Below are positions 38,878 through 47,226 of a stretch of 64,000 nucleotides of DNA, one piece after another; within the stretch, counting starts at the first letter, position 1; the number at the start of each line of letters is the position of its first letter. The DNA comes from an uncultured delta proteobacterium. GTDB lineage: Bacteria > Desulfobacterota > Binatia > UBA9968. The DNA lies in the NCBI GenBank assembly GCA_963840855.1, contig CAWJBB010000034.1, positions 64,001-128,000 of the forward strand, given 5' to 3'. Both the position numbers and the translations under genes were made by a program. Below the pieces are notes generated by a model that ran no database searches, was not told the DNA's origin, and saw nothing but the letters and a program-made list of their open reading frames with translations.

Positions 38878-41190
38878 ATGTCCGAACTCACAGTGATAGG
38901 TAAACCGGTTACCCGAGTTGACGCGGAAGAAAAGATCACCGGCCAGGCGATCTACGGTTACGACCTGGTGCTGCCGAATATGCTCTATGGCAAGACGCTT
39001 TTCAGCCCCAAAGCGCACGCGAAGATCACAAAAATCAACACCGAGAAGGCGAAAAAGCTCCCCGGCGTGGTCGCGGTGGTGACCGGCGCGGACGCCCCCT
39101 GGACCCACGGCGAAGCTGTCAAGGACAAACCCTTTCTCGCGCAGGGCAAAGTGCGTTACATCGGCGAACCGGTTGCGGCGGTGGCCGCCGAGGACGAAGA
39201 CATAGCGCAAGCGGCGGTGAAATTGATCGACGTCGAATATGAAGACCTGCCTGTTTACACCGATCCGGAAGAGGCCTGCAAACCCGGTTGCATGGAGATC
39301 CACGAAGACTACGACAAATATCGCAAGGCCAACTTTATGGTTCGGGGCGCCGCGCCCAATGTCGCCGAGCATTTTAAACTTCGCACCGGCGATGTCGAAG
39401 CCGGCTTCAAGCAATCCGATTTAGTCCTCGAAGAGCGCTACTTCGTGCCGATGATCCAGCACGCCGCCATGGAGCCCCATTCGGCCCATGCGCAGTTCGA
39501 CAAAGAATCTGGCCGCTTGACCATCTGGGTGGCCAACGATGCGCCGTTCCGCGCGCTCCATGAGATTACCGAAGCCTTGAACATGCCCAAGGAAAAGATT
39601 CGCTTCATCAACCCGCTTCAGGGCGGCGGCTTCGGCTCCAAGGGCGGTCTCAAGGTCGAACCCATCGCCGTCGCTCTCGCTTTCCATACCAACGGGCGCC
39701 CGGTGCGGGTGAAATTCAACCGCGAGGAGACTTTCATATCGACGCTCACGCGCCACGAAGCGGTGGTCTATTGTAAGACCGGCGTGAAAAGAGACGGTAC
39801 TTTGATGGCGCGCCAGATGACCATCTACTGGGGCGCCGGGGCCTACGCCGAGAAAAGCCCGACGGTTTGCATCCGCGGCAGCCTGCCCGCACCCGGCCCC
39901 TATCGTATTCCCCATGTGAAAGTGGATGGCTACGCAGTCTACACTAACAAGCCCATCGCGGGTTCTTATCGCGGATATGGTATTCCGCAAGGCGCCTGGG
40001 CCGGCGAGCAACAGATGGACGAGATCGCTCGGCGTCTGGGCATGGACCCCATCGATATTCGCTTGAAGAATATTTTTGTCGAGGGCGATGTCTCCTACTG
40101 GGGCGAGCAGCTCCACGCCGTCGGCCTCAAAGAGACGCTCATCAAAGCCACCGAAGCTATCGACTACGGCAAGAAACCGGTCAACGCCAAGCCCGGAGTC
40201 AAGATCGGCAAAGGGTTCGCCTGTATTCAGAAACCCACCCGCTCGCCGACCACTTCAGCGGCCGGAGTGCTCGTCAATGCCAAGGGTGAAGTGACGGTGC
40301 TCGCGGGCACGGTGGAGATCGGCCAGGGCTGCAACACGATTCTATCGCAAGTAGCCGCGGAAGAACTAAAAGTACCGATGGACAAAGTGCGCATGCACCC
40401 ACTGGACACCGATGTGATTCCTTACGATGCTTCCACAACGTCGAGCCGGAGCACCTATCATATGGGCAACGCCGTGCGCCGCGCGTCGATTCATGCGCGC
40501 GAGCAGATCATGGAAGCGGCCAGCCCGATGCTCGAAGCCGCCGCCAGAGATCTGGACGTCGGCGACGGCAAGGTGTTTCTCAAAGATCAGCCCCAACAGG
40601 CCCTGCCCATCGGGGAAGTGGTGCGGCGCAAGCTCGGCATCAACGGCGAGGTGCGCGGCGACGGCTCCTATACGTACGAAATCGGCAAGGATCTGGACCT
40701 CGAAACCGGCCACAGCGACCACGCCTCGGCGTTTTACATGTATGCCACCCAGGCCGCCGAAGTGGCGGTGGATGAAGAAAGCGGCCGGGTGCGGGTGCTC
40801 CGGATGTCCGCCGCCCATGACGTCGGCAAGGCGATCAACCCGCTCAATTGCGCGGCGCAAATCGAAGGCGGCGTAGTCATGGGCATCGGCTCGGCCCTGC
40901 ATGAGGAATTGGTGGTGGACAACACCGGCAAGGTGCGCAACCCGTCGTTTCTCGATTACCACCTGGTAACCTCGTTGGACACGCCGGAGATGATCCCTAT
41001 CATCGTCGAATGCACGGAACCTGAGGGACCCTATGGCGCCAAAGGCTTGGGAGAGCCCGGTCTCGCGCCGACGCCCGCGGCCATCGGCAACGCCGTCACC
41101 GACGCAATTGGGGTAAGGATCTACGACCTTCCGCTCAAGCCTGAAAACGTCTACTGGGCGCTGCAAAAAAAGAAAAGAGACGCCGCGTAG
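38878..41190 (+). CDS. Mo-hydroxylase molybdopterin-binding (large) subunit
   Basis: AGGAG RBS before ATG 38878; QHAAMEPH, GGGFGSK, SYRGYG, AQIEGG, GAKGLGEP. Confidence 0.93.
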   Translation: MSELTVIGKPVTRVDAEEKITGQAIYGYDLVLPNMLYGKTLFSPKAHAKITKINTEKAKKLPGVVAVVTGADAPWTHGEAVKDKPFLAQGKVRYIGEPVAAVAAEDEDIAQAAVKLIDVEYEDLPVYTDPEEACKPGCMEIHEDYDKYRKANFMVRGAAPNVAEHFKLRTGDVEAGFKQSDLVLEERYFVPMIQHAAMEPHSAHAQFDKESGRLTIWVANDAPFRALHEITEALNMPKEKIRFINPLQGGGFGSKGGLKVEPIAVALAFHTNGRPVRVKFNREETFISTLTRHEAVVYCKTGVKRDGTLMARQMTIYWGAGAYAEKSPTVCIRGSLPAPGPYRIPHVKVDGYAVYTNKPIAGSYRGYGIPQGAWAGEQQMDEIARRLGMDPIDIRLKNIFVEGDVSYWGEQLHAVGLKETLIKATEAIDYGKKPVNAKPGVKIGKGFACIQKPTRSPTTSAAGVLVNAKGEVTVLAGTVEIGQGCNTILSQVAAEELKVPMDKVRMHPLDTDVIPYDASTTSSRSTYHMGNAVRRASIHAREQIMEAASPMLEAAARDLDVGDGKVFLKDQPQQALPIGEVVRRKLGINGEVRGDGSYTYEIGKDLDLETGHSDHASAFYMYATQAAEVAVDEESGRVRVLRMSAAHDVGKAINPLNCAAQIEGGVVMGIGSALHEELVVDNTGKVRNPSFLDYHLVTSLDTPEMIPIIVECTEPEGPYGAKGLGEPGLAPTPAAIGNAVTDAIGVRIYDLPLKPENVYWALQKKKRDAA

Positions 41191-41233
41191 GAAAACTTAC
41201 CCTGCTTGACAGCCGGCGCTGCGCCCGCGTAGA

Positions 41234-42115
41234 TTGGCCTACCTAATTCAAGCCAAGGAGCCGATTACGGTAAAGCCACAAGACGATGCCTCGCTTAACC
41301 TGGTTTCCCTCAACGGCGAAGAGCCATCGGCGGCGCGCAAGTTCGTCTGGCGCGTCAAGGATATTCTGTCCGACTGGCTTGGCGTCATCGGCGTCGTCGG
41401 CTTTTTCCTCGGCTGGGAGCTTTCGACTCGTTTCGAAATCTTAAATCCCTTTTTCTTCCCGCCGTTCACCAAGATCATCGCCAAAGGCTACGAGCTTTTC
41501 GCCAACGGCACGATCTGGGAGCATATGTGGTTCAGCCTGACGAACTTCCTCATCGGCTTCGTCGTGTCGGTGGCGCTGGGCGTGGCCATCGGCATTCCCA
41601 TGGGCTGGTATAAGAGCGTCAGCAAAACCTTCGACCCGCTGTTGTCGGGCGTTTATGCTACGCCGCTGATCGCCTTGCTGCCGCTGATTATCATGATGTT
41701 CGGCCTGGGGGCGATCTCGAAAATTATCATGACAGTGCTCGCGGCGGTATTCCCGATCTTAATCAACACCATGGCGGGTATCGCCAACACCGATCATCGC
41801 CTGATCACCATGGCGCGCGCATTCGGCGCCAAAGACAGCACGATTTTTCTCAAGGTTTCGGTGCCGGGATCGCTGCCGTTCATCGTCGCCGGCATGCGCG
41901 TCGCGCTGGGCCGTGCCCTGGTTTACATCGTCGTCGCCGAACAATACGGCGCAGCCACCGGTCTTGGCTATCTCAGCTCCGTGGCCGCTCAACGCTTTCA
42001 GATGGCCGCGATGTTCGTACCCATCGTCATCATCGCCGCTCTCGGCGCTGGCCTGAACGAGCTGCTCAAGATGGTGGAATCACGTTTGGAAAAATGGAAA
42101 CCACCCAGACAGTAA
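41234..42115 (+). CDS. ABC permease, NitT/TauT family
   Basis: FFPPF, TPLIALLPL, FPILINTMAG, MARAFGA, VAEQYGA. Confidence 0.9.
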   Translation: MAYLIQAKEPITVKPQDDASLNLVSLNGEEPSAARKFVWRVKDILSDWLGVIGVVGFFLGWELSTRFEILNPFFFPPFTKIIAKGYELFANGTIWEHMWFSLTNFLIGFVVSVALGVAIGIPMGWYKSVSKTFDPLLSGVYATPLIALLPLIIMMFGLGAISKIIMTVLAAVFPILINTMAGIANTDHRLITMARAFGAKDSTIFLKVSVPGSLPFIVAGMRVALGRALVYIVVAEQYGAATGLGYLSSVAAQRFQMAAMFVPIVIIAALGAGLNELLKMVESRLEKWKPPRQ

Positions 42116-42299
42116 TCGACTGAGAAATAATAAAGTTTACAAATGAATTGGCACGAGAGTTTCTGACATCGCGGTCCTCCGAATCTCGGTCGAGATTCTT
42201 CACTCCGCTACGCTATGATCAGAATGACAGGATGAAGAATTGGAAAGTTTAATTTTTAACAACTCACTAATCAAGACTCTTGTAAAGCGGAGGAAGTTA

Positions 42300-43295
42300 A
42301 TGAATTCGGCAATCAGGCTCATTTCGTTGTTGTTGCTGCTGGCCGCAGAGCTCTTTTTTCGCCCCGGCGAGACTGGTGCCCAGGGAACCAAGATGATCGT
42401 CGGCCAGGCGGGCGTGAACCCTGGAGCCGGGCTTTTCTCCATCGCGGTTAAAGAAGGTTATTACAAGAAACATGGACTAGACGTCGAAATCATCAAAACC
42501 AATACCACCGCCGCGGTGCAGGCGATGCTTTCCGGCAAAATGCAGATGGCCACGGGCGCCGGCGCCGCCGCCTTTGTGACGGCAACCTTGGAAGGCGCGC
42601 CGCCTTTTGTCTTGGTTGGCTCCTGGGTCAACGTCTTCCCATATAAAGTCATGGCGCAAAAAACCATCAAGAAGGTCGAAGACTTGAAGGGCAAGACGGG
42701 ACATGTCGGCGCGCCCTTCGGCACGATTCCGGACACGGCTCTGCGATTCGCTCTGAACCGGTTAAAAATCGATGCGGAGAAAGACGTCAAACTGGTTCAA
42801 CATTCCAACGCCGATCCCGCCAGCATCCTGGCGGCGATGGAAAAAGGCGAAGTTCAGTTCGGCATTTTCGCGCCGCCTTTCGACCTCATCGCCGAAAGGC
42901 GCGGCTATCAAATGTTGCTGGCGTTGCCCGGCTTGGGCATCCCCTGGCAGCAGAACGGCGAGATTCTTCCGGCATCCTATCTCAAGAGCAATCGCGACAA
43001 CGTGGTGCGTTTCATGAGAGCCACCGCCGACGCGTCGAAGTTTTACTACGAACAAAAAGAAAAGACCATCGATATCATGAGCGAATACCTGGGCCGCACC
43101 CGCGATGAAACCGAGTACGCGTACAACCAATACAAGCGCTGGACGGACCCAGTGCCGCGGCCCCAAGTCGAGACCATCAAGACTACACTCGAAGCGATCA
43201 AGAAAAATACGCCCAAGGCGGCGACGGCGAACGCCGCGGCGTTCATCGACACCAGCATCGTCGACCAGTTGGTGAAAGAAGGCTACTATAAATGA
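42300..43295 (+). CDS. ABC substrate-binding protein, NMT1/SsuA-like
   Basis: GGAGG RBS; EGYYKKHGLDVE, IKKVEDLKGK, FIDTSIVDQL. Confidence 0.88.
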   Translation: MNSAIRLISLLLLLAAELFFRPGETGAQGTKMIVGQAGVNPGAGLFSIAVKEGYYKKHGLDVEIIKTNTTAAVQAMLSGKMQMATGAGAAAFVTATLEGAPPFVLVGSWVNVFPYKVMAQKTIKKVEDLKGKTGHVGAPFGTIPDTALRFALNRLKIDAEKDVKLVQHSNADPASILAAMEKGEVQFGIFAPPFDLIAERRGYQMLLALPGLGIPWQQNGEILPASYLKSNRDNVVRFMRATADASKFYYEQKEKTIDIMSEYLGRTRDETEYAYNQYKRWTDPVPRPQVETIKTTLEAIKKNTPKAATANAAAFIDTSIVDQLVKEGYYK

Positions 43296-43433
43296 AGCTC
43301 CTCGGAGCAAAGCTCCGAGGTATCTTGCGAAATTCCCCGAAGCCGCTTCCACCCTCCTTCGCCAAGGCTACGGAGGGTTCTCCTCGCCTTCATCCCCGCA
43401 GCAAGCTGCGAGGTATTCGGCGAAGGAGAATAA
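43296..43433. mobile_element. Non-autonomous miniature element with IS200/IS605-like hairpin ends and a nested palindrome
   Basis: Hairpins CCTCGGAGC-AAA-GCTCCGAGG-TAT (43300) and CCCCGCAGC-AA-GCTGCGAGG-TAT (43394) in direct orientation; inner CCCTCC...GGAGGG hairpin; no ORF. Confidence 0.5.
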
Positions 43434-43608
43434 GGACGAAGTAGGAAGGATGAAAGCGGAAAACAATATTTGTCTTGTTACTTCATCCTTCGTTTTTTCC
43501 GGATAACGATTTGAACGGCTGGAACTACTTGAACGATCAACGTGATTTGACCCAACGGGTTCGCGGTGTTAGCATCCCGCGTAGTTTCAATTAAGGAGCG
43601 TTAGATCA

Positions 43609-44742
43609 GTGAAGCTGTACAATTTCGATCTCCTCGCCTACCCCGGCGTCCCCAAGGACGCGCCGCGCACCCCGGTGCCAAGCAGCTTTTTCGACCCCAC
43701 CAAAGGCGCGGCCAATTACGCCGAACACCTTGAAGAAATGGCGTACTGCGAGGAACTCGGTTTCGACGGCGTCGTCTTCAACGAACACCACTACAGCGCC
43801 TACGGCACCATGCCGTCGCCGAACCTGATCGCCGCCGCGCTGAGCCAAAAAACCAAGAAGATCAAGATCGGCGTCCTCGGCAACATCTTACCGTTGCGCA
43901 ATCATCCCGTGCGCGTCGCCGAAGAGTACGCCATGATCGACTGCCTCAGTAACGGACGGCTCATCGCCGGCTTTGTGCGTGGCATCCCGCCGGAATATAT
44001 CTGGTACGGCGTGAACCCGGAAGAATCGCGCGGCCGTTTTGAGGAAGCCTACGATCTCATTATGACCGCATGGACCGAATCGGTCTGGAGTCATGAGGGC
44101 AAGTTCTTTCAGCTGCACGATTGCGCCATCTGGCCAAGACCTATGCAACAGCCGCACCCGCCGGTATGGATTGCCGCGCGCAGCGCCGAGTCGGTTGAAT
44201 GGTGCGTGAAGCGGCATCTCCCCTGCGCGCAGGTCTACCAAACAACGGGGCAAATCGAAGACACCTTCGGTTATTATCGCACCAAGGCGAGTGAAGAAGG
44301 CTGGGAAGCCGGGCCGGATAAATTCATCCTCTGCCGCCATATTTACATTGACGAGACCGATCAGAAGGCCCGCGAGTTCGCCGCGCCGGCGATGGCTTAC
44401 TTTTTTACCGTTTTCAATCGCGGCTTCAATGAAGCAATCAACAAGGAGGCCGTCGCTCAGAAGCTGACTGCAGCCTTGACGTCAGAACGGTCGTTTAGCT
44501 ATTTCCGCAAAGACAACCGGGAACGGCGCGACTTTTCCAAGTTCGACTGGGACGGGCTTCTCGGCACCGGCTATCTCATCGCCGGGAATCCCGACAGCGT
44601 CGCGAAGCAAATTCAAGATCAAATGAAGCAAGTCGGCGCCGATCATTTCATGGGCATGTTCCACATCGGCAACCTGCCCCATGATAGGGTCATCGACTCG
44701 CTCAATCTCTTTAAAAAAGAGATCATGCCGCGGCTGCAGTAG
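43609..44742 (+). CDS. LLM-class flavin-dependent oxidoreductase
   Basis: TAAGGAG RBS; NEHHYSAYGTMPSPN, PVRVAEEYAMIDCLSNGRLIAGFVRG, WPRPMQQPHPP. Confidence 0.92.
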   Translation: MKLYNFDLLAYPGVPKDAPRTPVPSSFFDPTKGAANYAEHLEEMAYCEELGFDGVVFNEHHYSAYGTMPSPNLIAAALSQKTKKIKIGVLGNILPLRNHPVRVAEEYAMIDCLSNGRLIAGFVRGIPPEYIWYGVNPEESRGRFEEAYDLIMTAWTESVWSHEGKFFQLHDCAIWPRPMQQPHPPVWIAARSAESVEWCVKRHLPCAQVYQTTGQIEDTFGYYRTKASEEGWEAGPDKFILCRHIYIDETDQKAREFAAPAMAYFFTVFNRGFNEAINKEAVAQKLTAALTSERSFSYFRKDNRERRDFSKFDWDGLLGTGYLIAGNPDSVAKQIQDQMKQVGADHFMGMFHIGNLPHDRVIDSLNLFKKEIMPRLQ

Positions 44743-44975
44743 ATCCGCATCGCTACTTTGTTCAAAGTTCAAGGTTCAATGTTCAAGGTATAGCGATCCT
44801 TTTATTGAACCTCATATTCCCTTGGCTGATCAAGGCTCACTCTTCGCTTGCACTATCTTGTGGTTTTACCTTAAGTGCGTGACTAAACCAGGCACCCCCC
44901 ACCGTTGCGCCTTGCCTTGACAACAATTTTCGCCTCTCATATTTCTGCGGAGTAACGCTTCTTGAAAGGATTTTC

Positions 44976-47087
44976 ATGGCAGCAAAGAAAAGTTACATCA
45001 TCGGCGTGGACACCGGCGGAACTTTCACCGATGTCGTCGTGCTCGGCGACGGCGGCGAAGTGTGGACGGCGAAGGCTTCGACAACGCCCGATGATTTTTC
45101 TCTCGGTGTGATGGACGCGGTTAAGGAGGCGGCGAGCGCCGTGGGCGTCGACACCCTCGAATTGCTGGGCCGGACGACGCTTTTCAAACATGGCAGCACG
45201 GTGGCCACCAACGCGCTCATCACCCACAACGGCTGCAAGGTCGGTCTCATTACCACCAAGGGCTTCGAAGACACCACGGAGATCATGCGCGCCATTGGGC
45301 GCGTCGACGGTCTTTCCGACGACGAGATCAAGCATGTCACCTGGATCACCAAGCCCGATCCATTCGCGCCGCGCGAGCGCGTCATCGGCGTGCGCGAGCG
45401 CATGGACTACCAGGGGAATGAAATCGTCCCGCTCAACCGGCTCGATGTCATGGACGCCATCCGGCGCCTGATCGAAGAAGACAAAGTCGATGCCGTCGCC
45501 GTGAGTTTGATACACGCCTGGGCAAACACCAAACACGAAGAAGAAATTCGCGCGCTTACCGCCGAAGCCGACCCGCAGCGAAAAGTTTACTGGTCCTTCG
45601 GCAGCGCGCTGTCGCAGGTCGCCGGCGAGTACGCGCGCGCGAACACGGCGATCCTGAACAGTTATCTCGGCCCGACGGTGGAACGCTATCTCAAAGGCCT
45701 GGAAGCGAAATTGCAAAACGGCGGGCTCAAAGGGCCGCTTTTGATCATGCAGGGCAACGGCGGCGTGGCCCACGCGCAGCATGTGAGCGCCATCGCCAAC
45801 CTCCAATCCGGCCCGGCGGGCGGCATGATCGCGTCGGCTTACGTGGCGGGACTATTGAAACACAAAAACGTCATCACCACGGACATGGGCGGCACCAGTT
45901 TCGATGTCGGCCTCATCACCGAAGGTTACTGGCGTTACGCGCAGGAGCCCATCGTCGAGCGCTTTCGCATGCTGCAGCCGATCATCGATATCGAATCCAT
46001 CGGCGCCGGCGGCGGCACCATCGCGCAGGTGGAAGCGGAAACGGGACGGCTGCTGGTCGGACCGCGCAGCGCCGGCGCGAGTCCCGGCCCGGTCTGTTAC
46101 GACGCCGGCGGCGAGCAGGTCACGGTCACCGACGCCGATCTGGCTCTCGGCATCATCGACCCCGGTTATTTTCTCGGCGGCAGAAAGCCTTTGAACAAGG
46201 AAAAGGCCCTCAGGGCGATCGAAGAAAAGATTGCCCGGCCGTTGAAACTCGAGGCGCAGGAAGCCGCCGCCGGCGTCTACGACATCGTCAATGCCAAGAT
46301 GTCCGACCTGATCCGCCGTCAAGTCGTGCGCACCGGCTACCTCCCGGAGGAGTTTGTCATCTACGCCTTCGGCGGCGCCGGCCCCGTGCACGCCGCGGGT
46401 TTCGCCGCCGAGTTGGGCGTCAGGCAGATTTACATCTTCGCCACTTCGCCGGTCTTTTCCGCCTTTGGCGCCGCCGCCGCCGATGTGATTCGCACGCGGG
46501 TCATCAGCTGCCAATACATCCAGCCGGCCGATCCAGCGCTGATCAACGAGCGGCTGGCCGCCATTGAAGAGGAGATGGGCGCCGCCATGGGGGCCGAAGG
46601 TTTCACACGAAACCAGGTGGAGTTTCGCCGTTTCTTCACGATGCGTTACCGGCGGCAAACCGCAGGCGTCGAATTACCCGTGGACTTCGACCGCTTCAAC
46701 GCAAAGCGAGTAGCGGAACTGCAGGGCGCGTTTGAGAAAAAATACGAAGAACTTTACGGCACCGGCGCCGGCTACACCAGCGCCGGCAGCGAAATCAGCG
46801 AGATGCGCGTCGACGCCATTGGCAAAGTCGCCAAGCCACGCCTGAGTGCCAGACGCAAAACCACCGGTAATGCCCGCGGTGCGCTCAAGGGCAAGCGCCG
46901 CGTCTTCTTCACCCGGCCCGAGCGCAAATTCATCGACACGCCGGTTTACGACTACGAACGTCTCGGCGTCGGCGCCACGGTTAAAGGACCGTCGATCATT
47001 GAGCTGCCGTTCACGACCACGTTGGTGCCGCCGGAACACAAGGTCACGGTTGATCCGTATATGAACCTGGTCATGCAGGTGCCGTGA
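44976..47087 (+). CDS. Hydantoinase A / oxoprolinase / acetone carboxylase beta-like ATP-binding subunit
   Basis: GVDTGGTFTD, HGSTVATNAL, SGPAGG, DMGGTSFD, GAGGGTI, FGGAGPVH. Confidence 0.93.
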   Translation: MAAKKSYIIGVDTGGTFTDVVVLGDGGEVWTAKASTTPDDFSLGVMDAVKEAASAVGVDTLELLGRTTLFKHGSTVATNALITHNGCKVGLITTKGFEDTTEIMRAIGRVDGLSDDEIKHVTWITKPDPFAPRERVIGVRERMDYQGNEIVPLNRLDVMDAIRRLIEEDKVDAVAVSLIHAWANTKHEEEIRALTAEADPQRKVYWSFGSALSQVAGEYARANTAILNSYLGPTVERYLKGLEAKLQNGGLKGPLLIMQGNGGVAHAQHVSAIANLQSGPAGGMIASAYVAGLLKHKNVITTDMGGTSFDVGLITEGYWRYAQEPIVERFRMLQPIIDIESIGAGGGTIAQVEAETGRLLVGPRSAGASPGPVCYDAGGEQVTVTDADLALGIIDPGYFLGGRKPLNKEKALRAIEEKIARPLKLEAQEAAAGVYDIVNAKMSDLIRRQVVRTGYLPEEFVIYAFGGAGPVHAAGFAAELGVRQIYIFATSPVFSAFGAAAADVIRTRVISCQYIQPADPALINERLAAIEEEMGAAMGAEGFTRNQVEFRRFFTMRYRRQTAGVELPVDFDRFNAKRVAELQGAFEKKYEELYGTGAGYTSAGSEISEMRVDAIGKVAKPRLSARRKTTGNARGALKGKRRVFFTRPERKFIDTPVYDYERLGVGATVKGPSIIELPFTTTLVPPEHKVTVDPYMNLVMQVP

Positions 47088-47226
47088 GACGGAATACGAG
47101 TCCAGGGTCCAGCGTCTGTGGTCTCGCGTCAAAAACTCTAGACGCTCAACACTGGACTCTAGACTTCTGTCGGGACGGTTTGAACGATTTGAACGACGTA
47201 AAAGACTGGAATGGCTTGGACATTTT

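Noticed and set aside
38878-41190. Aerobic CO dehydrogenase (coxMSL gene order)
   Set aside because: Active-site loop is SYRGYG, not the AYXCSFR of form I CODH; the 230..2539 protein (SYRGLG) also lacks it.
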